A model generated the notes under the pieces. The model ran no database searches and was not told the DNA's origin. It worked only from the letters and a program-made list of their open reading frames with translations. Both the position numbers and the translations under genes were made by a program. A stretch of 64,000 bases of DNA, taken from assembly GCA_973895155.1 (NCBI GenBank), contig OZ316898.1:20161292-20225291 (forward strand). Reading direction: 5' to 3'. Below are positions 50,160-62,490 of this stretch, piece after piece. Numbering within the stretch: position 1 is the stretch's first letter; each line of letters opens with the position of its first letter. This DNA comes from Marsupella aquatica. Taxonomy: Eukaryota; Plantae; Marchantiophyta.

Positions 50160-50800
50160 GTCCCCGGACACCGGCCCGGCCGGGCCATGACCTCCCGTCC
50201 CGAGCTGGTCTCTCTCTCCCCCTCCCCCCGCCCCATCCCCCGGTCTCGCGTTCCTTTAGACTCCCCCGGTCCCGGCCCCGGTCCCATGCATCCCCCGGTC
50301 TCGCCCCCCTCTTGACTCCCCTGGTCCCGGCCCCAGCCCGTGTTCCTCTCTCGTTCCCTCCTCCCCCCGGCCCCATCACCCGGTCTCTTCCGCCTTCCAG
50401 CGCCCGGTCCCCTCACCCGGCCTCGTCTTACCCGGCATCCCCTCCTGTCCCCGACCTCCCCTCACCCGGCCCCGACCCGGACCCTCCCCTCACCCGGACC
50501 CGGCTTCCTTCCTTTCCCTCACCCTTCCCTTCCTTTCCATCACCCTTCCCTTCCTCTCCCCGAGTCCCCTCTCCTTCCCTCCCCTTCCCCTCCCCTCCCC
50601 TTCCCTCACCCGGTCCGGGGCAGGGGAGGGCCGGGCCAGGCCGGGTCCGGGGCTGAGTGAGGGGAGCCGGGCCGGGTCGGGGATCTGGATGGACGGGCCG
50701 GGTGCTGGGAGGGGTTGGGCCGAGTCCGGCAGAGGAACACACACACCGTCCGGGATGAGGCCGGGTCTTGGCCGGGAAGTTCGGGCCGGGCCGGGGAATA
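50160..50800. repeat. Very GC-rich low-complexity tract (CCCGG/CCGGG motifs, polypyrimidine CCCTT runs)
   Basis: Directly visible. It switches from C-rich to G-rich at ~50615 and explains the overlapping Pro/Gly-rich spurious ORFs. Confidence 0.85.
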
Positions 50801-51284
50801 ACTGAGAATATCCGTCAAATAGAGGCTTTTTGGTCCAGCAAATGCTGAGTTTACGTGCCGGGCAACTCGGCAAGTTTCCTGTCACTTCAAACCGGGATGG
50901 TGGTGGCCTTGCGTGAGATCTGGTGGGTTGGGGTTTGAGCCTTGCAACTAACAATTATTTTACATCATAATTATTATTATTTTGAAGGGAAAAATTATAT
51001 AAGAATTGTGGAAAGTAGTACACGTGCAAAAAAAAAAACAAAGAATTTTGAAATAACAAAAACATATAAGGGGTTTGAGATAAATTCAAAACTGATGGAA
51101 TAACAAAGAAGACAGCCCTCATAGGCCAAATCAAAATTAAAATAATGACAAAACAAAAATGAACTAGGAAGACTGAAACAAAGATTGGCAATACAGCAAT
51201 GTCGGAAAAAAGGGCTCTCTAACCTCACTGGTAATTTCAGTTCCACGGGATCATAATGTGAAAACTTTGAGTCCGGAGTACCTT

Positions 51285-51585
51285 AACAGAGTTTCATAAT
51301 ACCTTCAATCTGCGCAATTTATTCACTGTCACTCGTTTTCCGGGTAGTGATGACATTTTAATTTGAAGCACCCCTTTTCTTTAACGTATCTTTAACGTAT
51401 GACTCTATTATTTTGCATCTTGGTTCAAACAGAATCATTCCTGACCATCCCAGCCACTACCCCGGCCACTACTATGTCAGGGAAAGAGTACTCTCATTCT
51501 TTTCTCATTCATCAGTGTCCATTAGAGCCACAAGACACTCACTGTCTATTAGACCCACAATGCACCTGACTGGTTGTTATATTAA
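51285..51585 (+). repeat. Diverged ~250-300-bp non-coding duplicate; partner at ~54225-54472
   Basis: CAGAGTTTCAT.AT..CAATTTATT.ACTG.CACTC...CGGGTAGTGATGAC...GTATGACTCTATT...CAAACAGA.TCA...CCCAGCCAC...CTCTCATTCTTT...AATGCACCTGACTG is present in both. Confidence 0.7.
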
Positions 51586-51586
51586 A

Positions 51587-53130
51587 GTACTAGCCTGATG
51601 CCGATGTCAAGGAGAAAAAATAAAATGTAAAGGAGAGCAACGGAGAGAGCAAAGATCTAGAGGAGAGGAAAAGATGTAATTGAGCAAAGAAAATATGTGA
51701 GGTGAACAAAGATGTCAAGGAGAAAAAAAAATTGAACTAGGAGAGAAAAATATGTTGAGGGGAGAAAAGATTTTGACTTAGGAGAGAAAACTAAGATGTC
51801 AAGGTGAACAAAGATGTCAAGGAGAAAATTAGTTTGTGGACCCCCTGATTACATTTTTGAGGCCTTGTTTGAGCTTGCATTTTGAGAGGCTAATATGGTC
51901 CATACGAGGGTCCATAATGCTCTGCTAGCATATATTCAAACACTTAAGATCTATGAGATATTTTCACTAATTTTGGAACATTAATTAATACACCCAAGGC
52001 ACAGTTTTGTTTACGTTAGTTGATTTGGGCATTGGATGGCACTATATTTCACCACTAAATTGCCCTGGGCACTCAATTTGAGTTGAGAAGACTACTTTCT
52101 CCAGATCAATTGAGAAATCTGCTTTTCTCAGCAAGGAACCCTAAGCTTTCTAGTAGCTTAGTCCTCTTTGTAGAATATTTGTCACCTGATTTGTCTATGT
52201 ACTTTCAAATTATTGGAAATTCTGGAGATTTCACTAAAGTCTCAATTTGACAAGTATTGAATTAGAGGTTAATAGGGAGAAAAACAAAGTAAGGTGTTCT
52301 TCCTTCTTAACGCATCTCAATCCGACCTGGCCTGGATCCCACAATGCCCCAGACTTCCTTACCAACTGTCCCCTTGCCCTCCCCAACAATATTTGCCACT
52401 TTTGCCCCCATAACATGAATGCACAAATGATATGGGTAGAATCACAACATTTCCGCAATAATCACAAAGTTGCAATGACAACCCACTTGAAAAGACAATT
52501 GACTTGCAGAACCATGACATAATCGCATTGACAACCCGACCACAAGTAAAACACAGTCACAATGATAATTGTGCAATGGATGGACATGGTGCTCAAAAGG
52601 TCACCTTACCCCCACAACATTTCTTTCCTCAATGACTTTCCCTTTGACAACTTTTGCATAACAACTGCTCTGCAACTACAGATATTGTGCAATACATAAG
52701 TATTGAGCTAACATAACCAACAACTTTAACGAACCTTGCTTCTCATCCTTTACAACTTTACGACTTTAGTTTGAGAAGCAAGTCAATATCCTTAGTTTGC
52801 TCTTCCTGACATCTTTTCTCTTGACATTTTTTTCTCATCTCAACTTTTTTTCTCTCCAATATCCTTAGTTAATTTGCTGTCCCCTACTTCATTTGTTCAC
52901 TTTGACATTTTTTTCTCTCCTTGGAATCGTTTTTCCCCTTAACATCTTTTTCTCTCCGGAACAATTTGTCTCTCCTTACTTGACATTTTTGCGGCATCTT
53001 TGCTCACCTCCACATCTTTTGTTCACCTCAGCAGCCATCTTTTCCTCTCCTCCAACATCTTTTCCCTTACTTCTCCATATCTTTACTCTCCTTGACATCT
53101 TTTTTCTCCTTGGCATCGGGCTACTGGTAC
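51587..53130. mobile_element. Non-autonomous TIR DNA transposon (~1.54 kb) with inverted subterminal repeat arrays
   Basis: Ends GTACTAGCCTGATGCC..AAGGAGAAAAAA and TTTTTTCTCCTTGGCATCGGGCTACTGGTAC. Many GATGTCAAGGAGAAAA-like motifs lie at 51600-51830 and their reverse complements at 52800-53110. ATTAAA flanks both ends. Confidence 0.75.
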
Positions 53131-53426
53131 ATTAAAAAGTTAACAAATTTTAGCCAAAAGTGGCTATGACATTATTTTTGTTTAGGTTGGAATCTAGCAA
53201 AAATTAACCACTCCACCCAGACACCTCAGCCAGATTCATATGGTCTGGATGTCAGCCAGCGTTTGCACTCTCAAGATTCAGATTCCCATGGTAGACAGAA
53301 GCCAGGAGTGGTCTGGATCTGATCCAGCGTTTGCACTCAAGGGAACGAGTAGTCGATCGTGGTCTGAGCCGGCTTTCACATTCTCACAAGCTAGAAAATG
53401 CTAGAAGTCTGAGCCCAGAATGACCA

Positions 53427-53605
53427 AGAGATATGCTTAGTAGACCTCCTTCTGGAAAAAAGTTAGCTTAATCAACCCCTCCATACTTTTCCCCAATCTG
53501 GACTGTTGATGGACCTTTTGATCTCAGATCTGGATAGTTGATAAACTTAAGGGGGTTTATCAAGTAACAAGTTTCATTTTTGGGGTCTATCAAGGAAATA
53601 CCTCC
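53427..53605. mobile_element. Mutator-like MITE (179 bp) with 10-bp TSD
   Basis: Imperfect ~55-bp TIRs (AGAGATATGCTTAGTAGACC.. / ..GGTCTATCAAGGAAATACCTCC) flanked by AGAATGACCA at 53417-53426 and 53606-53615. Confidence 0.85.
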
Positions 53606-56067
53606 AGAATGACCATTAGCCTAATTCCTTTCGCATGATGTTATCTCTATCTCGATCTCTGGTGCACGGTCTCTTCAAAGGATAGAGTTTAGAACACATT
53701 TTGGACAGGACTTAACCGACAATATTCGAGATAGTCAAAGTATTACTTAGAGTTGCCATGAAACATTCCCATCTAAATTGTTCAGAAATTCCCCATCTTT
53801 TCCGGAAAGCAACTGGAAGCTAGAGACCAAACGAATCCGATGAAATTCTCTTCAATTTGTTGCAGGTCTTTGCTGGACTGTAAAACTAGTCTGGCATCAT
53901 TCATTCTGCTCAGCGCAGAACAAAGCATCCGACAGGGGGACGTCGGCCCGCAAGACTTTCCATCATTTTAATGAAGGATGACCAAAGGCAAGCTGGTTTA
54001 AGTTTCACGGTGCATATCAGAGTTATAGCAAGGTAATGTGGCCAAATCAGTCAGTGTCAGTTAAGTCTTATTTAAGAACCAGGGAAACTGAAGAGCCTAG
54101 TAGAACTCCCCGCCGGTATGAACTGCATCGGAGGTTTAAGCATATTTGAGTGTCGTCTCTTAGTCAAACTTCTCAGGATTCGAATAGCGACGAAACTGGC
54201 AATGAGACACCTATGAATTCCAGCCAGAGTTTCATGATTCAATTTGTGCACTGCGGGACAATTTATTTACTGCCACTCTTATTTCGGGTAGTGATGACCT
54301 CTCATTTCACCCCGTTTTTTAGCGTATGACTCTATTTTCATCATTCTTGATCCAAACAGATTCACTGCTGGCCTTCCCAGCCACAACTACATCCAGTACA
54401 GAGTCCTCTCATTCTTTAAGTTTCTATTTAGAGCAGTGTGCCGTATAATGCACCTGACTGAATGTATTATTGATGGCAAAATTTATTGCAACTAGTAATG
54501 AGACGGAAGCAAGAGCTGCCGAGACCTAAGCTACTCCGGCCATGTATGAATACGAAACAGAATGACTGTCTTGATATTCGTTTGCTAAACCAGCGCGACA
54601 ATAACGTTTTATGTTTAGGGTCGATCAAACTTGAGACACTTAACCAGAGGAAAATTAAATTGGTTTAAATCATTTTGCCAGTAAAGCTTGAAAAGTTGTA
54701 GAGACTAGAATGGGATAAAAAAAATCGAAACACCCGCACCCCTCGGGGGTTTCACTTCCACAAAAATGACATATCACGTGCGACGAAGGATAAGGTCATT
54801 TTATTGGTTCTAAAGGAAAACTTAAGAATTTTTATAGAAGAATAATAGGGTCTTTTAAATTCAATTTTGAGACTTATAAGAATATTAGGGTCTTTTTAAT
54901 CCAAATTTTAGAATATTCCAAGAATATTCTAACTTTATAGGGGTTAAAAAATAATATTTTTTTCTTACATTTTAGGGGGTCCAAGGCCTAAAAACGTCGC
55001 AGACGATGGGGAGGTCCCCATATAGTGAGACCCCCGAGCCGCACCCCCGCGCATATGCCGAAGCCTGGGTAAAACGCACTTTTCAACCCTGTGTCCTTCT
55101 ACTTATCAAACTACTTTTCCATGTGTATGTCTTCTACAGGGCCCAATCGAGTGTCTGTTTTAGATCCTGGCCTGGTAGTATTAGTCGTCGCCTTGAGTTA
55201 CTTTGCCTTCCACAGCAAAGGCTCTTCGGCTCTTCGTCTCCATTTATATCATTCTCCGTCACTCTTCCACTGATTAGATTCTTCTATCATTGAAAACCTT
55301 CTTGCGATTTCTTATTCCCTTACTCGAAACTAGCTTTCGCCACAACGTCATTCCATCCTCTCCCGGTTGCATATCCTTGATTAGAGTAAAGAAATAATTC
55401 CTGCAAGTTTGGGAACGCGTGAAAGGTCTGCTGTCAAGCTTTTATCTTAATTTTCATATGTTCTGGAAAAAGACACTACGTACTCCCTGAAAGTTTAAGC
55501 CCTCAAAAGTAAGATTTGGTTTGCATTTTGAAAGCACCTTGTCGACAGATGGACATGAAGTTGGAGTAGGTCCTGGCCTCTCATTCTAATTTTCTTAAAT
55601 TCTTATGTCCAATACCCCAAAGGTAAAGGACCATAGTAGAGCGCTCTAACGAGCCAAGACATTGTACAAGATCAAGCCCGAGGTGCTTTTGAGCGTTTCC
55701 TTGTGAAAGGGCTTTAAGGTGCTTGGAGCCCGACTCAGAATGTTTGGTAGCTGAAAACTTGCTCAAGGCCTTCACACATTTTCCCAGGAGAGCATTAGGC
55801 ATATAACTGCCCAGCTGGAAAACACAAATTAACGAGAATACCGAGGGCTTTGAGATCAGGTAAGAGCCAGAAAGACAAGAGGTCAGGTCTAAACACCACC
55901 CAAAGGGGATCAAACTTTGCGTGGTCTGTATATCGTCTAACATCCTGCCTGCCGCACTCGAGCTGTCTGTAATCCACTCGCCCTATTAAGTTAGGTACTC
56001 TTTGAAGCGGTCACAGCTCAGACAATTCATGGTGTTTTGTTCCAACATAGCAGGCAAGAACCGTTAA

Positions 56068-59000
56068 TTACGTCCGACGCCAAACCTTGATGGGGTAACC
56101 GCCAACTAGTATCGGGAAGCCCATGTGCGCCGTACCCTGATCAGGCCCTGCTCTCTCATATCTGTAAAGAAAATCCAATAAAACACAACCCATCAAGACT
56201 TTGAATATCGAGCGTTTCTTGGAAAACCTTCAGATGTTCTGAATCTTGTCCCTTGAACTTAATAAGTTCATCAAAACTTGCTTTAAAGAACAAAAGGTGA
56301 CAGCGTTGCCCATATCAAAAGAAATAAATAAGAAAGGACTAATTAATGACGACTAAAACCAAGGACATCTGCCAATCATGCATGCGCTACGGTCCTTCTT
56401 CAAGATAAGTGACGTTATCTGAAAGTGCTTGTCTGGCTCCCATAAAAGCTTAATTTCGAGTTCTACTAGACGGTCGGACTACTACTTACTTGTAGGTTGT
56501 GGTGACATGATGTACTAGGATGCAAAAAACCAGCTTTGCAAGTTCCTCCCCCGGGCATCGATGTCCACCCAATCCAAATGGGAGATATGTATATGGTTTG
56601 GGTGCAGCCTGCAATTTATTTTCATTTGAGCAGTCAAAGGTTGCAGCAAGAAGTATATCCGTCACTACCTATTGATCTATGTCGACTAACAAGAAAGGCT
56701 CGGCTGTATCCCTATTTAGTTCGATCTCGTTTAATCAATACAGGGAGCATTCAATTTCCATGCCATCATCCAGTAGGTAAATAAATTCCAGGCGACGCTA
56801 GCTCCAAATGCAAGGATTTTTAGTTTTAGGCAAGTATTCGTAAAATAATTGTCCACAATATTGAAGCCTGGGAAACTATGATCGAGTTAGCTGAATCCTT
56901 CACTCTCTACCGGAGAACAGTTCAAGCGATAGCCTGGAAAGTTTAGGTGTAGGACTTCTTAATCTACAATGTCGAGTAATATTCAGATTGCTGGCGAATA
57001 AGTGACCACATTCTACAGACTTGCATATACTTGGTCCAAGAGACAGTCTAAGGGACCCATAAAGTCGTCGGAAGCAGAGCAAGACCCACAAAGCCCCCCT
57101 AAGACGTTGTAGAAATTCAGAAGTTACAAGAGCCTTCAATTTGGTACAATTTAATTTCCATGACTGCAACTTAATTGTCAAGCGGAAGTTTCTTGGAATA
57201 TACTTATTAGGATCGACAGTTGGGTAAAACTTTCAACGTGACCCTGGTACGAGTTCTTTCAAGTAAGGCCCCCCAAATAATTAGGAAAGATGCAAGCTAC
57301 GCAGCCCATGGTCCTGGAGAGCCATTGGACCGGCTATTCATATATATATATAATTATGAAGCTCAAAAGACGAATCGATCAAGTTTTGCGGCACTCACAT
57401 CAAATCGGTCGGGATTAAAAGTCATGGGATCTTTATAGTTGGCAGGATCATGGTGCACAAAGTTTGTCATCAAAATCACTGCCCACCCCTTCGGTATTAG
57501 GAGACCTGTGCGCAAGAAAACAGCAGATTGTTTTAATTGGGTCAGTTAATTTGATGCGGAATCCCGCTGCCAGTTTCATTAGGCCTAAAACCATCTCGAG
57601 AACTTTAGTAGAATTAGACAGCGACCTGCAGGTACGAGAGTAAAATCTAGATCGATACTCAGATCAACTTGTTTGAATTCCATGGAACCATCTCCAACTC
57701 AACTTCATTCCACGAAATCGAGGCAGGGGGCTAGCACAAAGGGACTATCTTGGAATTGATCCTCAGATCGCCATATACATTCGAGGTGCAACAGCGAACC
57801 AAAGTCCTTGATGCGAGGGAGGTCCTTGCACGACTCCTTGAGATGTCGTGACCATGAATTGCTGACCACGTTCAGATGAAAAACTGCACGAAAAAACTTT
57901 GTGGAGGCTAGGAGAAATTTGCTCACCGTCGTACACAACGTCTTTTGCTGCCTTTCGCGGAATAAAGAAGGTGGTTGAAAGGCTCCTTTGTACTTCTTGG
58001 TAGAACTGCACACCCAAACTCCAGAGTTGTACACAAGTTATCGCTTGATTAGCTTCCACTCTTTTCAACAATATATAGATTACACGATGTATGCAACTGA
58101 AACGGAACAATCCTTCTACTGAGGGTGTTGTTAAGCGGCAGCGGGGACGGCTTACGGTCCGTCCCTTACAGCCTTCACCTTGAAGCCGACGCTCGCCCCT
58201 GTTCTTATAATTAGTTTGTTCCATCATCTAAGGACAGAGCATGTCTCAGCTTGATCGATGACTTAGCAAAATTGATCTGGTAGCAATCCAGGGGGTTTTA
58301 ATTAGTATAACGCAAAATCCCAGGACACATAAATTTACCTTTCCCGTGTAGACCATTTTCCTCATATCCTCCCAAGTAAGCCTTGGCCCTTCGACGGACA
58401 GGTGGCCTTTAAGAATCTGTTGTTGCTCTTCCTGCACATGTTAACGCACAGGACATATCATCCATGCAGATGAGAATGCTTGACAGGAATGTATGTCGGA
58501 GATTCTTTCGTGTTGAACAAATTAGGGGGACTACATTTGTGAGCGAGATCATACACCGGTGGAGGAGAGCCAGGTTACCAAAGGCCTTTCATACAAGGGC
58601 AGTATCTAAACCAGATCGAAATATAAAGGCCACGGATATATCTGATCACTTTGTGAGCTTGTTGAACTGATAACATTGGCACGTCGATCGAACGAACGAA
58701 GTTGCCAAGGAACAAACTGAACAAATACAAAATCGGAGATAGAGTCCAACCGAGAGTCCAACCAGACAGAAAAACACAAAGTATACCTGAATCCGGCTGA
58801 AGACATCTGGGTGGTCCACGAGAAACTTCAGAGTCCATGCCAAAGTCGTAGACGTGGTCTTGTAGGCAGCAAACCAAGCTCCCACCATCTCGTCAATCAT
58901 TTTACCTTCAGCGAAATATTCCACCTCCTCTCCTCGTGCTTGGTCGCGAGCATCTAACATGATTCGTAGAATATCAGGCTCTGTATCCTCTTTGCTCATT

Positions 59001-60824
59001 CTCTGTTCAACAATGGATTTCAGATACGACCTCAAAGCCGTTCGTGCCTGTGTCGACGCCCCAATCATCAGTTCTTGCTTGTATTGATGCGGCTTCATTC
59101 GTGTGGTGTAAAACTATGCGCTGGTTTGTGAGCTGGATTTTGCACTTTTCCGCTAAATTCAGCCAGTATCTAATTAACCCTGAGTCCATGCTTGATCTGT
59201 TGACATGAATTCAGCCTTTTGAGTTTTACTGTCTCGGTTCTGACTCACATCTCATGAGCTTGAAGTGATTTGTTAAGATGCATTCAGGGTTTCACTAATA
59301 TCTTGTCTCTATGGTCAAGGTAGGCAGTCGGACCCGAGCGTCACAAGCCAGTGAGGCCGAAAACATAGTCATGCGAGTTGTAGTTTGGACACGCGCGCGC
59401 ACCTGATGTCCTTTGCGGTGACCAGTTCCTGGAAGGTTTATTGGAAAGGAGTCAATGCTCGCGATCAAGTCGATTATGTTTCTCACCGCCAACTTTCCTT
59501 CTGGTGTGCTGCGGATGCTCTTAATTCCGAGTGCAAGGTACGAGCTCGTGTCTGCAACAAGCTGTGCACATAGAAAACCAGTTGCGTTCAGGAAAGGGGG
59601 AAATGAAGCAGCAACTGCAGTTGAGATTGAACCTTTGTAGGATACATATAAAATTATGAGCAATCCAGAGAAACAGCCAACGTACCATTTCAGTCGCCTC
59701 ACTCCCAATAACGGTCCCCTGCTCTTCCCAAGAAGCTAAATTTTCAAGAATCATGCTCTCCAGAACTGGGACCATAGCCGCAAGAGAGTCTCGCAACATG
59801 AATCTTTTGAAGAGCTTCTTGACGGCGAGATGGCGTGGGCCTTCCCGGAAAAAAATCGCGTCGGGTGCGATGAATTCCACAGTGCCTGGATATTGCACCG
59901 GGAAGAGATCGGGATTTAAACAAACAAACTTCATAAACTCCGGAGCTGTGCCAAATATGGTCTTCCGCAGAAATGCAGAAGACTTGAATATGCTTCCATA
60001 CCTGCGTCATTGACATAAAAGTACGGAGTCCTATCAACACTCGAACATGCTCCAAAGACTTCAAATTGTAGGATAGATATCCTATCACAATCTAGAAAGC
60101 AAATTGCCAGTCGCTCAAAATGTAATACTGCACCATGATTCGTTAACCCATTCAAGTTACTTTACACATGAGTCACGCCCCCAAAGTATTGTTGCTTTCG
60201 CAATTTGTTCCCACTGTAAATCAATGCACTCTAGTAGCCGTTTAGAGAGACATTCCATTCCTACTTCCCTGTGTCGGTTTCGGGTGCATCATGGTCATCG
60301 GGAATTAGTTCTTCCTGAGAGACTAAAGGGAGAAGTATTGTGACAGTGAGGTCAAATGAATTGTATAGCCGGCCATAACGACACGAAAGGCAATTCGCGT
60401 CGAAGCCCATGGCAGTATAGAAATCCTACTGTCGAGCTATAGTCATGCTCTCATCAACATCTTTGAATTTTTAGAATGAAAAAGGAACATCGCTCCATGA
60501 TCGACGCTGGGACCCGAAGCGATAGAAGAGCTTGGATTAAGATTTTAAACAAATTCAAAAGAGTACTCCAGGGTACAAGATGAACTCTCTTGGTGAGATA
60601 GAGCATTGCACACAAGATTACCTCTTTTCATGAGAAATCACAAACCCGAGAGGATCCCGGATTATAGCCAATGTTTCTCCAATGATGGGCCAACTGTAGG
60701 TGCCCTTCGGAAGCCGAGCACCTGATGAGTGTACACTTCTTTGCCAGTGCAAGCTGTGGTGCAGCACTAGTGTAAATAACCCACAAAACACCACGCCTAG
60801 AAGTATTGACAATGTGACTGCCAT
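56068..60824 (-). CDS. Cytochrome P450 (CYP85 clan, CYP707-like 9-exon architecture), copy B, intact, 476 aa
   Basis: Exons 60824-60622, 60001-59686, 59561-59403, 59047-58787, 58431-58339, 58005-57927, 57505-57399, 56608-56490, 56161-56068 (1431 nt, all GT-AG, phases consistent). N-terminal membrane anchor, LPKGTYSWPIIGET, FPINLPGT, I-helix FAAYKTTS, ExxR (EVQR), IPKGW, FNPDRF, heme motif YLPFGLGGHRCPG. The 79- and 107-nt exons are typical of the CYP85 clan. Confidence 0.94.
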
Positions 60825-61007
60825 TTTAGCTGTGATTCTCGTATGGGCACGGACTCAATTGAGTGCTCAATATGTTCTTTCGCACATCCTCTTCGACAAT
60901 CTCACTGGACAGTCGTGTGTGACATATTGGCTGTGCTCAGAACTGCATAGATTGACGATATCTGCCCTTTTCAAACTCTCCTTTTACTAAAATGGATGCC
61001 CCGAAAC

Positions 61008-61074
61008 TAAGGAAAGGGATTCCCAAAATCTAAGGAAAGGGATTCCCAAAAACAAAGGAAAGGGATTCCCAAAA
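61008..61074. repeat. 23-bp tandem repeat x3 (AAGGAAAGGGATTCCCAAAA core) in the proximal upstream region of CYP copy B
   Basis: Directly visible ~185-250 bp upstream of the ATG. Copy A has a single diverged unit at the equivalent position (~47668). Confidence 0.85.
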
Positions 61075-61209
61075 GTACACAGTGCATGATCATGTGTTGA
61101 TTGATTCCTTCTCCTGTGCACCTTGTTACTCCGTCCCTTTACAAAAGTATCACATGGGCAACCGGAAAGAAACGGGGAATCCTAAACAATTGTGAATCTA
61201 GATATATAG

Positions 61210-62490
61210 TATTTCATCTGGAACAAGCTAGATTTTTGTTTTCTGTCTTGTAGTGAAATGTAAGTGGATGAAATACCAGATTCAAACTACAGTACATATT
61301 AAGAGTAAGTGGGATAAATTAGTATAAGTAAGAAAAACTCTACTACTATAATAAGGAATCCCGCCAAAAATGGTGTATTGTCCAATTACAAGCTCACTTT
61401 TGGAAGGAACATTCTCTGACCATTAGATTTATATTTTCTTTTAATATGCTGGCCTTTCCTTATTCAAAAAGCAATCTCCCTAATCCAAAAGAGACTAGAC
61501 AAAGTATTTTGGTACACCACAAACATTATGTAGGAAGAAGATAATTATGGCATATGTCTCTATGTGAGTGCCATGTGTTGTAATTGGGATGGGGGCACTT
61601 GGGACACCATTATGAGGGGACAAGGACTACTCCACAGTTCAAAATAGGGAGGGGAAATTAATGATGCACCAATGGGTGAGAGGCTGAATAATGTATTACC
61701 AAACAAGTAGGTGGAGGGGATGAGACAAAGTGGAGATGAAAATAAAGAAAATAAATAAGCAATAAGAGAGAAAAAGGAGGTGAAAAGGGACATATTTTTC
61801 TCACCTCATTCAACATCTTTTCTTTCCTTGATATCTTTTATCACCTCGACATCTTTCATGCAACACACGGGCATCGGTCTAGTAATACATATTGAGAGTG
61901 AGTGGGATAAATTTTTATAAGTAGAGCACAACATCTTGGAACATGCTAAATTTTTGTTTTCTATCTTGTATTGATCTGTAAGTAAATGAAATACTAAAGT
62001 AAAACTATAAGACATATTAAGAGTGAGTGAAATGAATTAGTATAAGGAGACCACATGCAAAGGAAAGTACATTGTGACCACTGAAAAGTACAGTAGAGTT
62101 CAATGGCACAAAGATGGTAATTTAATATATGTGAAAGTATTAATTCAATGTGTCTTATTAATGACTCCAATTCAATAAAAACTCTAAACTTAGGGGAACT
62201 TAAGACACCAATGTGTTATTTAGAATCATATCTCACTCATAAGAAGAATTAAAACTTTGTTCAAGTGGTAGAAATTAAAGCCATTGGGTTCACACACCTG
62301 AAATCTAAGAGATAACAAAGTTTAGAAATTAAAATTAAAGGGATCCAAAAATTACATGAAAGTTTAAATGATACAAATGATGGCTCCTGATATGGCAAAT
62401 TGAAATAAAATACATGATGACACAAAAAATTTAAGTAAGACAAAATTTGAAAGGTAGATTTCACAATATATAGCAGCTTCCAAATTTGTT
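61210..62490 (+). repeat. AT-rich repeat/TE remnant with an internal duplication (61215-61330 vs 61935-62046); same family as 4540-5120
   Basis: TGGAACA.GCTA.ATTTTTGTTTTCT.TCTTGTA.TGA..TGTAAGT..ATGAAATAC...ACATATTAAGAGT.AGTG occurs twice and shares motifs with 4.5-5.1 kb. Confidence 0.6.

Noticed and set aside
50135-50954. Pro/Gly/Arg-rich ORFs (extensin-like)
   Set aside because: They arise in all frames from low-complexity GC-rich DNA; no signal peptide or codon structure.
56068-60824. Assigning the gene symbol CYP707A
   Set aside because: The architecture and some motifs are CYP707-like, but the sequence is clearly divergent; the family needs a phylogeny.
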